A stretch of 64,000 nucleotides of DNA, from NCBI GenBank assembly GCA_963514005.1, contig OY740794.1, positions 16,740,001 through 16,804,000 of the forward strand, in the 5' to 3' direction. Position 1 is the first letter of the stretch, and every line of letters begins with the position of its first letter. The notes under the pieces were generated by a model. That model ran no database searches. It saw only the letters and a program-made list of their open reading frames with translations, and had not been told where the DNA came from. This DNA is from Raja brachyura. Lineage: Eukaryota. The position numbers and the translations under genes are program-made. Of this stretch, positions 1 through 13,932 are shown piece after piece.

Positions 1-383
1 CCTACACAAATGAGTGTGGAGCATGAAGGGAGGTGGATAATTTACGATCCTTGTCCAAGGTAGCAACATTTATTCTGCAATCAGTTCCCGTTCTTGGTTC
101 ATGTGGCTAATATACCAAGTAACATTGAATCTGAGCATTTACCTTGGGTTTTAAGTTTAGATAAGTTTAATTTGAAAATGGAAGTTGGTATTCTGTTTTC
201 TAAGGAAAATAGTGCCACAGGGATTAACCTTAAATGATCCTCAGATCAGCGTTGAATTGTGAGACTAGCCAATGCACAAATAAAACTGAAATATTTTAGA
301 AAGAAAAACCTTTAAAAAGGTTTTATCGTTTGAATATAATTACGTTAAGATAGTAGAAATAAACACGTACCCTGTACTGTTGA

Positions 384-500
<117 letters not shown>

Positions 501-1807
501 TAATTGCGTTAAAAATCAAGGTTTAGTTTGGAATTAGTTCAGTGCTATACTTTTGATGGTAAGATTTTTTTCGTATTCCTGAAATAACTTGGTTTCAATC
601 TGCATTTAAGGCCCAAAACTGCATTTAAATGATATGTAGATTGTAAACATTTCATTGTGTGTCAAATAGGTCAGTGGAAGGTGTGGAGACGATGAGAACA
701 AGGTGAAAAGCATACATTAACTTTACTGATTTCATGAAAATAAAATTAATCTTTCAACACAAGTTACTAAAGTTACACAAGTTTCCAGCGATATTGAAAT
801 AGATGTCTTAATATCAAGTTGCGATACATTTCGTAGATGTATATTTGTGTTGAATATTGTGTAATTTTGGAGGATTCCATTTAGGTGCTTAAATTCTTGA
901 TTGGAAAGGATAAATAAATGTGACGATGAAAGTTGAACTTTATCAGCTGTCAGGATTGCACCGTACTGTAAACCCGTGCTGCAATGGACTTCTATATAAA
1001 CAGAAGGTGTCTGTTTGTGGTGACGGTTGATAGGCAGAATGCAGTGCAGAGGCGGAGTGAGAACGAGCAGCAAAAGATTCTTGAAGTGCATTGCATTGGG
1101 CATGGGTTTGAAGCTACCACAAAGCGAGGTCCTGGGGTGGTAGATGCAGTAGGTGCCGTTGCACCACGTTAAAGAACTTTCACCAGAGCTACTCCACAGC
1201 TGCTATAAGAATATTTTAAGCATTTTTGTTTTGATTTTATTTTATCAGTTACCTTTTTCTTCCCTTAAGAAGGATTTACTTGTGACAAAAGCCATGTTGT
1301 GTAAATTTGGTTATATGCTGACATGTTTGTTGGTCTTATGCGGAGAGATGATGTGGACTGTGCCTATACTAAAATTTGAAAGAATGAGAGACTATCTTCA
1401 AAATGTTGAAAGTTTGTTGGGGGCTTGGCAGGGTCGGAGAGGAGATGTTTTTCTGCACTCACTCGTGCAAAATCTTTATTCGGATAGTAATAAGTCTCTG
1501 AAAATCTATATCCAACTGAGTTGTGGTGGATTAGTTGCTCAATTTGCAAGATAAAAGTCTGTAGTTTTTTAGCTATTAAAGGAATGGGGCTATGTGTTTA
1601 GTAGAGGAACGTGGTGCTGAGGTAAAAATAAATCAGCTGCGATTTTAATACCAAAGAATGTACAAGGAGCTAAATGCCTACGACTGAATTTTTATTTTTT
1701 TTTGTGGTGATGTAAGAAAACCAACAATGAATTGTGAGATCAAAATCAAACTCTGCTGAATATTTGCATGTTTACTTGCAAAATGTTTTGACAATGTTAA
1801 ATATTGG

Positions 1808-2694
1808 GTTGATGGTGGAAAGGGTCAAGAGCTTCAAATTCCTGGGCGTGCACATCTCAGAAGATCTCTCCTGATCCGAGAACACCGTTGCAATTATAAA
1901 GAAAGCACATCAGCGCCTCTACTTCCTGAAAAGATTACGAAGAGTCGGTATGTCAAGGAGGACTCTCTCGAACTTCTACAGGTGCACAGTAGAGAGCATG
2001 CTGACCTGTTGCATCGTGGCTTAGTTCGGCAACTTGAGGGCCCAGGAGCAGAAAAGACTACAAAAAGTAGTGAACACTGCCCAGTCCATCATCGGCTCTG
2101 ACCTCCCTACCATGGAGGGGATCTATCACAGTCGCTGCCTCAAAAGGACCCACATCATCCTGGCCACACACTCGTCTCCCCACTACTTTCAGGTAGAAGG
2201 TACAGGAGCCTGAAGACTGCAACGTCCAGGTTCAGGAATAGCTGCATCCCCACAGCCATCAGACTATTAAACTCAACTCAAACAAAACTCTGAACATTAA
2301 TAGCCCATCTGTTTATTTGCACTTTATCAGTTTATTTATTGTGAGTATATATTTATATAATGGTATATGGACACACTAAACTGTTCTGTATTCATGCCTT
2401 CCATATTCTGCTGTGCTGAAGCACGAATTTGTGGAATTCCCTGCCACAGAGGGCAGTGGAGGCCAAGTCACTGAATGGATTTCAGAGAGAATTAGATGGA
2501 GCTCTAGGGGCTAGTGGAATCAAGGGATATGGGGCGAAGGCAGGCACGGGATATTGATTGGGGACGATCAGCCATGATCACAATGAATGGCGGTGCTGGC
2601 TCAAAGGGCCGAACGGCCTACTCCTGCACCTATTTTCTATATTTCTAATTTCATTGTCCTATCTGGGGCACATAACAATAAACTCTCTTGAATC
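1808..2694 (+). mobile_element. 5'-truncated Rex1/Babar-type LINE, interrupted by a CR1 3' end
   Basis: Translates as MVERVKSFKFLGVHISEDLS*SENTVAIIKKAHQRLYFLKRL (Rex1-like C-terminal motif). The tail ...acaataaactctcttgaatct matches the copy ending near 9287. Confidence 0.8.
2425..2646 (+). mobile_element. CR1 (HER1-like) LINE 3' fragment nested in the Rex1 tail
   Basis: LWNSLP-coding segment and 3' end gggccgaacggcctactcctgcacctattttctat; the host Rex1 tail resumes at aatttcattgtcc. Confidence 0.85.
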
Positions 2695-3231
2695 TCCTAC
2701 GTCTATTATAAACTATCTTGGATGTAATCAATGTTGGGCAGTTGGATTCTTTGTGAGCATTGCTTGCCTGTTAGCATCTGCTGTTGACTAGCTGCATTGC
2801 CAAAGCACATAATGTAATCTAGAATGACAAGATGTCATGTTAGTATAGTTCCGAAATGTTACAGAATTTAGACCAGGAAGACAAATGAAATTTGGCACTT
2901 TTTAATCATTTAAAATCAATAAATGAGGGAGAAAAAAAGAATTTAATGAATTGGTCCTTAATCCTGGCATCCGGGTCCAAGAAGTGTGAAAAGCCATGCC
3001 TAATGTATTTGGAGAGCTGTGTTAGCTATAAATGGTTAAATTGTTTGCAATGGGAGGACCACAGTGAATATGAACAGCTTGCTTATAACTTGTAAACTAT
3101 CCTTGACCAGAACTGAAAGGAGACCACGCCAGTAAGAATTTCTATGTGTATGGCCTCAAAGGTTGATATCGCATATAGGTGGCCCCTTTTCTCCATATGA
3201 AATACTTTAACAAATTCTCGATGCAGGTGGC

Positions 3232-3325
3232 TAAAGATGCTGGAATCTTGAGCATCTTGATCTGTGGATCTCTGGGGTCAGGCAGCATCTAGGGAAATGA
3301 ACTGATAACGTTTCGGGTCGGGACT
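3232..3325 (-). mobile_element. Penelope-like terminal fragment
   Basis: ggtcaggcagcatct...acgtttcgggtcgggac, similar to the other Penelope-derived copies in the window. Confidence 0.6.
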
Positions 3326-3756
3326 AAATGCTACGTTGAAAAACACAGGAAAAGTCCCAATGACTCAGTTATTATTATTTACTTCCCAACCAACAGCAGT
3401 TTGAAATGATGATCTTGTCTTTACCACTGCTGTCTGCAGAAGCACAGTGTGCAAATTAGATAGTCACATCTTCTACACTAGTGGTGATTGAATTTAAAAT
3501 GACTTTGCTAGAAAAACCTTGGGGCCTCCAAAGTGAGAAGAGTAGTCTACTTTGATAATATCCCATATGAGCATTATTAACAGATTGGTCTGCAGTGTTT
3601 CACCGTCCTATCAATTTCCTTTTGAGGTGTTGAATTGCTAAATCTGCTGTTGTGTGAATTTAGGACTTAATGATCTGTATCAGAACCAACTTAATTCCAG
3701 AGATGTTTGCAGTTCAGAATTTAATTGACTTTATTTTCTCTCTTCCACACAACCAG

Positions 3757-3890
3757 TCGGCGAGGCTCTGGCCTGGGCAAAAGAGGAGCATCTGAGGCTC
3801 GCCGACAGGAGAAGATGGCAGATCCTGATAACAACCAGGATGGAGCAAATTCTTCTGCACGCACAGAAGACGTACCTCAAGGAGCTTCGG
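3757..3890 (+). CDS. TRIP12: TRIP12 exon
   Basis: aaccag|T..TCGG|gtaaga; [44 protein letters not shown]. Confidence 0.95.
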
Positions 3891-4462
3891 GTAAGAACTT
3901 TATTGGTGGCTGGTGTGGACGAATGAATCCAAATCAGTCTTGACATAAAAGGAAAACCTAATTTCAATATAAAAAATTCAGAAGCCCGTGCATATTATTC
4001 AGGATAATTCATAGTTTTCTTTAAATGGAGTGTGACAGTCTCGTATGCTTTTGAACATTTTTTTAGACTGTTGCTAAATGATTTGATCTTCTTAGTGCCT
4101 GAAAATTTTGACTCGAGTTGGATCTGTGCATTTAACCCAAATAACAAATCTACCTGTAGATTTCCATTGGATGTCTTGATTCTTGGTCCAGCGTAGGTTA
4201 TAAAACATTTGGAACTACAAATTGCCATTACCAAGCAATAATGCCATTTTGAGCCAGTATAAATCTTAATCATCACTGCACTGTGGCTCTATCAAATGTT
4301 TTCATTTTTGATGCTGGTGTGTTGCATGTTAACATCAACTTCAATTAAATAATTTCAGAGGACCACATTATTCATATTTTGGTTCTATGTAGTTTTCTCT
4401 TGAACAGGAGTTGCATCTTTTCTGAGCCAGAAAGTTATTCTGGCTCATTTCTGAAGTATTTA

Positions 4463-6757
4463 CAGTGCCATCCATAATGTTTGGGAAAAAGACCCATCAT
4501 TTATTTATTTCCCTTTGTACTCCACAATTTGAGATTTGTATTAGAAAAAAAATCACATGTGGTTAAAGTGCACATTGTCAGATTTTATTAAAGGCCATTT
4601 TTATACTTTTTGGTTTCACTATGTAGAAATTGCAGCTGTGTTTTTATACATAGCCTCCTCATTTCAGGGCACCATAATGTTTGGGACACTTGGCTTCACA
4701 GCCGTTTCTAATTGCTCAGGTGTGATTAATTGCCTCCTTAATGCAGGTATAAGAGCTCTCAGTACCTAGTCTTTCCCCCAGTCTTTCCATCACCGTTTGG
4801 ATCTTTTATTGCTGTTTATCAGCATGAGGACCAAAGTTGTGCCAATGAAAGTCAAAGAAGCCATTATGAGACTGCGAAACAAGAATAAAACTGTTAGAGA
4901 CATCAGCCAAACCTTAGGCTTACCAAAATCAACTGTTTGGAACATCATTAAGAAGAAAGACCACTGGTGAGCTTACTAATCGCAAAGGGACTGGCAGGCC
5001 AAGGAAGACCTCCACAGCTGATGATAGAAGAATGTAATAAAGAAAACCTCCCAAACACCTGACCGACAGGTCAGAAGCACTCTTCAGGAGTCTGGTGTGG
5101 ATTTGTCAAAGACCACTGTCCGCAGAAGACTTAATGAACAAAAATACAGAGGCTACACTGCAAGATGCAAACCACTGGTTAGCCGCAAAGATAGGATGGC
5201 CAGGTTACAGTTTGCCAAGAAGCACTTAAAAGAGCAACCACAGTTCTGGAAAAAGGTCTTGTGGACAGATGAGACGAAGATTAACTTGTATCAGAGTGAT
5301 GGCAAGAGCAACATATGGAGGAGAGAAGGAACTGCCCAAGATCTAAAGCCTACCACCTCATCTGTGAAACACGGTGGCAGGGGTGTTATGGCTTGGGCAT
5401 GTATGGATGCTGAAGGTTCTTACTCACTTATCTTCATTGATGATACAACTGCTGATGGTAGTGGCATAATAAATTCTGAAGTGTATAGACACATCGTATC
5501 TGCTCAAGTTCAAACAAATGTCTCAAAATGGCCAGCGGTTCATTCTACAGAAAGACAATGATCCCAAACATACTGCTAAAGCAACAAAGTGTTTCAAAGC
5601 TGAAAGCTTTATATGCTGAAGAGAAAACTGAAGGGGACTAGCCCCCAAAACAAGCGTAAGCTAAAGATAGCTGCAATACAGCCCTGGCATAGAACTGCCA
5701 AGTAGTACGGATTTTCAGTATTTTGTACGGAAATGCGATCAGAATACGGATGTACGGATTTGCTTTTTAAAATAAGGATTTAAAAAAATCAACTAGACTT
5801 CCTGTTTCATCTTGCTGCTTAAAAAATGCAAGGATATAAAAAGTAATGCTGTAAATATAAAAATTATAGCAGATCTATTAGTATATTAAATTTCAAAATC
5901 TGGAAGCTTTGATCTGCCTGTCCTATCAATTTAACATGTGGGAATTTAAATGAGCAGCGTTATGGGTTCTAAAAATAGCGCTCCCAGCTGGAGGGCTTTA
6001 CACATTGCGCTATGGGTCACAGACTGTAGGAGAGGGAGAAGGGGAGAAGGAGAGGGAGTTTGAGGGAGGGAGGGAATAAGTGAGGGAGGAAGAGGCAGGA
6101 GGTGCGAAAGAGGGACGGTGCGATGGAGAGAGCGAGGGAGGCTTCCAAAATGGCTTCTACATCATCATCTGGTGCTAAAAGCAGGAAGCAGCCGTTCAAA
6201 CAACAGTATACAAAAAGATGGCAATACATACACTGTCAAATAAGGTGCGTAGATGAAATGTCAATTGGTAGCAAAGTTATGCATTCTTGTACTCTTACAT
6301 GGGTATGACCGCACATAACAAATAACACTTTCTTCAGCAAAATTGTGATTTTCAGGTACTAGAATACTGAAATGCTCTGACAATACTTGGCAGCTCTGCT
6401 GGCAGAGCATCACCAGAGAAGACGCCCAGCAACTGGTGATGTCCATGAATCGCAGACTTCAAGCAGTTAATGCATGCAAATGATATGCAACAAAATACTA
6501 AACATGACTACTTTCATTTACATTACGTTGCTGTGTCCAAACATTATGGTGCCCTAAAATGGGGGAACTATGTATAAACACTGCTGTAATTTCCACATGG
6601 TGAAACCAAAATGTATAAAAATGGCCTTCATTAAAATCTGACAATGTGCACCAACCACATGTGATTTTTTTTGTTCTATTACAAATCTCAAATTGTGGAG
6701 TATAGCGGCAAATAAATAAATGATGGGTCTTTGTCCCAAACATCATGGAGGGCACTG
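4463..6757 (+). mobile_element. Tc1/mariner DNA transposon (IR/DR type) with both ends, defective transposase
   Basis: TA|cagtgcc...ggcactg|TA; about 227-bp TIRs, each with two ccataatgtttggga direct repeats. Transposase remnant from ATG 4824 (MRTKVVPMKVKEAIMRL...WKKVLWTDETK...KDNDPKH) has frameshifts and an internal deletion. Confidence 0.93.
5690..6398 (+). mobile_element. Non-autonomous hAT-like DNA transposon nested in the Tc1 element
   Basis: 15-bp imperfect TIRs tagaactgccaagta / tacttggcagctctg, flanked by a ctggca duplication; tacgga subterminal repeats; short N-terminal remnant MASTSSSGAKSRKQPFKQQYTKRWQYI. Confidence 0.75.
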
Positions 6758-7259
6758 TAGATTAAGTTTGAAAAGCCATATTTAAGGATCGTAAGGCATG
6801 CCGATTGGTTTTATCACAGTGAGCTATTTCTTTTGGGGTGGTTGTTTCTGTACTGGAAGATAATCACGAGCAATAGATCAACTTCTGAGGTCAACTGTTT
6901 TCTGGCCAAATTGTTAACAGTACTGTTTGCTGGAATATTCCGGGTATTACCAGGGGCTTGCGGTAATGATTTACAATTTACTTTGTCAGTGACATTGTTA
7001 AATATTGAATATATAATATTACTTGTCTCTGGTTGGCTATTTGGTGTTTAAAACTGAATACATTTTAAAATTTGAATAATTATTGCATCCAGTTGGAGAA
7101 TCAAACGGGAAAAATGGCAAAGATTGTTGCCCGTGTGCAATCTGTATTCATTCTTTGAAATGTTGTAATGGAGTCTCCAATGAACTGAGCATTATTTATA
7201 ACTTCAATTATTGTGAAGATTTCATCAGCAAAATATAATGACTGTTTTGTTAATTGCAG

Positions 7260-7343
7260 CCTCTAGTTCTGTTGCCGGAGCCGTCGGAATGCCAACCTCT
7301 GGAGAGAGCGAGTCAGATGATTCAGAGATGGGCCGATTACAAG
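7260..7343 (+). CDS. TRIP12: TRIP12 exon
   Basis: ttgcag|CC..CAAG|gtaaga; (A)SSSVAGAVGMPTSGESESDDSEMGRLQ. Confidence 0.95.
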
Positions 7344-7950
7344 GTAAGAAATCCCTCGACACCATGTATTAATAAAGCTTTGCATCAAATATTAAAATAA
7401 ATGTACTTAATGTGAAGCCGGAAAACGCCACGCCATCAATGAGTACATTTTAGGTGTAGAAAATGCTTTACACATCTTTAGGGTAGAGGTGCCATATCAA
7501 AATGGTTCAGTTTGAAATGTTTTTTGAATGCAATAGCTGTGCATGAATATAGGATTAGAGCCCATAAAATGTGGGATATGAAAAAGAAATGTCATATAAT
7601 AGCCGCCTCTTTGGATGTGGCATTTTATGGTCAAAGTTATCTGTGTTGATGTAAAGACAATTGTTTCGGAATTTGATCTGAAGTGTCTGAAGTGAATAAG
7701 CTTGGACGGTGGAAGATTTTCAAATTTGCTATCTGCGTGTCAAGCTGACAGTGTATTTCATTTTTTAAATTCAGGATCAAAATCGGATCATAAAGTTAAT
7801 TTTACCTGAGGGTTTAATGATTTCACATTTAGCAACAATTTACCTGACTTGTGCTACCATCAAAATGGGGAACAAATCATAGAACAGAGTTGCAACAGAA
7901 TTTCATTCCTCCGGTAATGGAAAGTAATTAAATGCCTCTGTAGAGCATGT

Positions 7951-9287
7951 TATGCCCAAGAAGAGTATGGTGACGTGCCTCAATGACTATCGACTAGTGG
8001 TACTAACGTCCGTGGTGATGAAGTGCTTTGAGAGGTTGGTTATGGGGCATGTCAACTACTACCTCAATAAGAACCTTGACCCACTACAGTTCGCCTACTG
8101 TCACAATAGGTCCACGGGCGATGCTATCCACTCCGCACTGGACCACTTAGACAATAAAAACATTTGTCAGGCTATTTATAGACTACAGCTCGGCATTCAA
8201 TACCATCATCCCCTCCAAGCTGGTTACAAAACTCATGGAACTGGGTCTCTCTGTGCATCCCTCTGCAATTGGATCCTCGACTTCCTCATCCACAGACCAC
8301 AGTCTGTTCGAATTGGCAGAAACACTTCATCCTCAGTGATAATCAGCATGGGACCACCTCAAGGCTGCGTGCTCAGCCTGCTGTACTTGCTCCATACCCA
8401 TGACTGCGTAGCCAGACATAGTGCGAACTCCATTTTCAAGTTCGCTGACGACACCACCGTTGTGGGACGAATTACAGATGGTGATGAGTCGGAGTATAGA
8501 AGTGAGATTGACTGACTGACCATATGGTGCAGAACAACAACCTGGCTCTCAATAAAAGCAAAATCAAAGAACTGATTGTGGACTTTGGAAGAGGAAGTTT
8601 GAGGATCCACAATCCTGTTTACATCATTGGGACGATGGTGGAGTGTCAAAAACCAAATTCCTGGCCGTGCATATTTCTGACAATCTTTCCTGGACCCAGC
8701 ACACTCATGCAATCATAATGAAAGCACATCAGTGCCTCTACTTCCTGAGAAGATTACAGAGATTCGGTATGTGAAAGAGGATTCTCTTAAACATCTACAG
8801 GTGTACAGTAGAGAGCATACTGATGGGCTGCATCGTGGCTTGGTTCGGCAACTTGAACGTCCAGAAGCGGAAAAGACTGCAAAATGTTGTAAACACTGCC
8901 CAGGCCATCACCGGCTCTGACCTCCCTACCATCGAAGGGATAATATCGTAGTCGCTGCCTCAAAGGCAGCCAACATCAAAGACCCACACCATCCTGGCCA
9001 CACACTCATCTCACCACTGCCATCGGGAAGAAGGCACAGGAGCCTGCGAACTGTAAGTCCAGGTTCAGGAACAGTTTCTTCCCTACAGCCATCAGGCTAT
9101 TAAATACTACGACCTCATAAGCTATGAACTACAATAGACATTATTATTATTATTGCACTTTTTTCCCCTGAGTTTTTATTATTATTTATTATGGCTACAT
9201 ATTCTGTGGTGCTGCAGCAAGTAAGAATTGCATTGTTCTATCTGGGACACATGACAATAAAACACTCTTGACTCTTGACTTGACTCG
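7951..9287 (+). mobile_element. Rex1/Babar LINE, 5'-truncated, degenerate reverse transcriptase
   Basis: CLNDYRLVVLTSVVMKCFERLV, LDPLQFAY, PQGCVLS and FKFADDTTVVG reverse-transcriptase motifs; tail tgacaataaa...cttgact repeats. Confidence 0.9.
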
Positions 9288-9748
9288 TATCACACCAGAT
9301 CTTGGGGCAAAAACTTTGAAACATTTGAGTTGCTTTGCAGAATTAAAGTTTCTTGTGGTGAAGACACCGTTATTCTCTTCTGGCAGGCTCACAGTGAAGT
9401 TTAAAATATTAAATAGAAGTTTTTCCCCATCTCTTGACATTTTTAAATCTGTGTTTTCACACTTTGTTTCCTTCTCCCAAAAGAGAAATAGTTTCCATTT
9501 TGGTGCATGTAATACTACCTTGGGCTGGTGTTGCTGGTTATGTGTTGATAACTGTATGTGCAAACCAGATGGGAATTATTTTGCACTACTTGGTAAGTAT
9601 AGTATGCTTACCATCCGTCAATGGCAAGGACGTATTGCTACAGATTCCTGGGCTTACCCGTAGAAACTTGCTGAACTATACACTTCCAATCAAAATCAAA
9701 ATAGTTTAATTCTAGAGTTCCCTGTGAACTGAACACTCTTGTACTTAA

Positions 9749-9886
<138 letters not shown>

Positions 9887-10520
9887 TAATGTAGATATAC
9901 AAGTCATAGAATAATTGAACTTACATTTGTCAGTTAAACTTATAAAATGTTGTAATTTTGATGTTTGTATGGATGAACAATCCTTTCTGAATGTCAAGTC
10001 TCTGCCTTAATTAATCTTGGGTCAATAATTATCATGAGTCAAATTTTAGTTTGCCGCAAAAATATACCGAAGAATGTGCATATTCTTGCTGATGCGATGT
10101 CTTTCTTTAACACCATCCAATTTGCACGCCAGCTATGCTTTCAATAAAATGTACAAAGTTTGCAGATTACATTTTTAGTTTTTGTCTTGAGAATGTATAT
10201 ATTTTGGAATTGGCATAGCTAATTTCAATTTGAAACTTTAAATATTATTTTGTCATGACACCAGTCTGCTTTAATGAGGTGGTTTATTCCAAATTTCTGG
10301 ACATAGCTCAACAGTGACAGACTTTTAGTTTGATTTCAGTCTGGGCAGTTGAAAAATGTATTACAGTTGATATTATATTCTTCGGCCTCGTCGGCACAGC
10401 TAATCGGAACTATTGTCCGACTTTGATCTTGTTGAACAGTGATCTTGTGGTGGCAACAAAATGCAGCTTTAATAGTAATTAATTTGCACCGTTGGAGCTG
10501 AACTTCATTTTATATTTAAG

Positions 10521-10672
10521 GTTCCAAGGCACAGCAGCTTCTACAGGGTCTACAGGCTACTGGAGATGAGAGCCAGCAACTTCAAGCAGTTATCGAAATG
10601 TGCCAGTTATTGGTAATGGGAAATGAAGAAACCCTGGGAGGATTTCCAGTGAAGAGCGTTGTCCCAGCTTTG
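10521..10672 (+). CDS. TRIP12: TRIP12 exon (ARM region)
   Basis: tttaag|GT..TTG|gtagga; (S)[50 protein letters not shown]. Confidence 0.96.
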
Positions 10673-11465
10673 GTAGGAATCTTAAATAAAATGTTGAATT
10701 TTACGCTCAAAAGCCGAATTGCCGCGATATTTTCTATTTCCATAACGTTCTACTTAAAAATAACGTGAGTTCCAGGAAGGATTTTCTAATTTCAGTTCAG
10801 GGCACTAGTATCACCTGAAGCCCAAACCAATGGATGTAATTGATTCTTGACATTTTAGTTATACGGAGGGGTAATTTTCATGTGTATCCATATTAAGTTG
10901 GAGACCCTATGTGAATTTTGGGTTTTATCTGGCATTTGGTCTTTTTGCTATGTATCATTGAGTTGACTGAACAAACCACATGTTGTCAAAGCTCTGAGAA
11001 TGACTATCTCTGATTTTAACAGTTGATGGGAACTGCCAAGTACGTGTGTTAATTTTGTTGAGCATAGTTGAGAAAACGTTAAAAAGTGAAGCAACTGCAG
11101 CAATGAGTTTTTGTTAGAAATACAAACCTTCTGAACTTTGATCGGAAATGGTATACAGTTTTTAAGTTCCATTGCAGAAACCATTTCTTCATGGAGAGAA
11201 TGCGGGTTGATAAGAATTTGCAGCACTTCTCGCAGGCAAAATTTGAAAGGTCAACTTATTTTTAAGTCTTGAGTTTCTTGTTGAAGGATATGGAGTTAGA
11301 TCACAATGTTTCATTGAAAGGTGGAACAGTCTTGGGTTAAATAGCCTAATGTTTTTACTGCTTCTGTATTCACTATTTCATACAGTTTCTAATTTTGTGT
11401 ATGCCCTTGACCTTTGAAATATACATCAATTATCATTGTTAATAACTTTCCTTATTTCTTTACAG

Positions 11466-11501
11466 ATAACTTTGTTGCAAATGGAGCACAACTTTGACAT
11501 T
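11466..11501 (+). CDS. TRIP12: TRIP12 36-nt exon (ARM region)
   Basis: ttacag|ATA..ATT|gtaagt; ITLLQMEHNFDI; followed by an 88-nt intron. Confidence 0.95.
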
Positions 11502-11589
11502 GTAAGTATTTTACACTGGTAGAGTTGATCAAACATTTTCCAGTGGTTATTCATTTATTAAAGTGTTTTGCTTAATTTTATTATGATAG

Positions 11590-11685
11590 ATGAACCACGC
11601 TTGCAGAGCATTGACTTACATGATGGAAGCTCTACCTAGATCATCGGCTGTGGTTGTTGATGCCATTCCAGTCTTCCTTGAAAAG
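11590..11685 (+). CDS. TRIP12: TRIP12 exon (ARM region)
   Basis: gatag|ATG..AAG|gtgaga; [32 protein letters not shown]. Confidence 0.96.
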
Positions 11686-13704
11686 GTGAGAGAGACCAGT
11701 TGCAAAGATGTCACAATCATCCTCGTTCCTTTATTACCTTTAATACTCATGCCAAAGTGATGAGTGTAAATTAATATTTCAAACAAATTATACCTCCTGA
11801 CCTGCCTTCCCATGCCCTCATGTAAAACTACATTTTTCAGACCTTGCACTGTTTGAAGAGTAATCTGACTGGCATTGCTTCCACACAATTATTTTTTTGC
11901 AGGTCTAAAATGCCAAGTAATTCCAGTGATAATCTCTGACTCGCTTAATAGACAAAAATTGCTTGCTGAAAATATGTTGGCAGCAATTGTCAGCTAGGTA
12001 CCCTAGATACTTCCCGATTAATTTTTCTCTGGATATCTTCTTTTAGTTTTGCATCAACAGCTTTGGAGATGCAATTGAGACAAGATTACTACACCTAAAT
12101 GTCTCATTGCTTCCCTTGCAAGTTATGCCTTCAACAGACATAACTTTAGTCGTGTTCATGCTAAATCATATTCAACTGTCCTGCAAAGTATTTTGATGTG
12201 TTTTATGTTGAAGATGTTATCAATGTAGATTGTTGTATTGAATAGTGTTGTTGTTGCCCGATTCCATAGATTTAAAATATATATATATCCAGTGATACTT
12301 TGTGTTACAAGGATTCTGTTTAATTTTTATGTCTCTTGATTGCAGTTTGGTGCTTTTGAGCATTATCTATGTGAACTTCATTGGCTAAACAAAATTCTGG
12401 AAATATTTAACAAGCTAGGCAACATCTGTCAGGAGAAATGTTAATTATTCTGGCCAATAACCTTTTAACAAAATGTTCAAAATCAGAACATTGATTTCAG
12501 GTCATTGACCTGAAAAGTTGGTCAAATGCAGCTTTTCCAAATTATTCTCTCAATGTTGTTTAATTCCCAGCATTAATTTTTCTAGTAAAAATGAATTTGC
12601 TCCTTTTCATTAATTGGTATTTTCAAAGTTGGAAACATTTATTTTCAAAATACCCTGTCTAAAGGGTATATTTAGAACATGGCTTTTGTGAAATGATCGC
12701 TTGATTCCTGTGTTTAACATTCCCTTTCTCCTCCAACTCCATTCAGCATGGAAACCTCTCATTTATGGTTTCTTGATTTGCTAGTTAAGATATTTTTGTA
12801 CTGTCATGATTTTTTTTGTTGCCATTCTGTGAACCTGTACAATTTAATGACCAATGTGGAAAAATGACTCTTAGTTAAATTGAATCTCAACTGATTTCTT
12901 TTTCCATGTCTTGGAAAAATAGTGTCCTCCATGCTAACAAATGTTAACCGGTGGTTTTCTAATCATTGACTCTCTAGATTTGGTCCAGGGACTTTTCACA
13001 TCTTGGAATGGTAATATTGTAGAGAGCTTGTAAGAAGTAAATTCCACACTAGATCCTCTGTGGCCTTAACAGAAAATATGGTACCAAACCATAGAAAAGA
13101 TGACATCAACCTATCCATTAAGATCTGCAGGAGGCAGTTGTTTCTCCATTTGTCACCTTGGGGAACCATTCCATGCATTTGCAGGCTGGATTTCAGAATG
13201 AGAGGCTTTTCTTTTTGAGTGGCCACTTTCTATTCAAGCTGAGCCAAATGTAATTGCTCATCCCCTGTCTGCCCTTGAGAAGATGGTGGCGAGCTGCCGC
13301 CTGGAACTGTGACAGTGATTTCAGAATTTGGTCTCTGTACTCTTTGCATTGATCGCGAAATTTTAATTATTTAGCTTTAGACTACATTTGGAATTTTTAT
13401 TTTATAACCAGCAAAGTTTCTAAATAGGCTGCAAGTTCAGTATTTTGAGGTGGTAGCAATTTGCTTGCATTACAATGATTCGTATAGCCTTTATAAATTG
13501 GCAACCTGCCAAAAATCCGTTCAAGATGTACAAAGCCAGTTGAAGTAAAGAAGATTTAAGTAATCATGTTGTGTTTTGGTTTGCATTTTAATTTTGCAGA
13601 GCACCTTTACAGAACAACTAAGGTTTAAAGTATGAAAATATTTGATCTGTCTATGAAAAACGCCTTGCGAATCATTTTGTTAAAGTAACTTTCATCCTTC
13701 CTAG

Positions 13705-13932
<228 letters not shown>

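Noticed and set aside
5097-5561. 154-aa transposase ORF as a functional or domesticated gene
   Set aside because: Frameshifted upstream and downstream, missing the catalytic Glu region, and the element is interrupted by an insertion.
12978-13010. In-frame 33-nt pseudo-exon (IWSRDFSHLGM)
   Set aside because: Mediocre donor, and it would interrupt a highly conserved ARM repeat; no supporting evidence.
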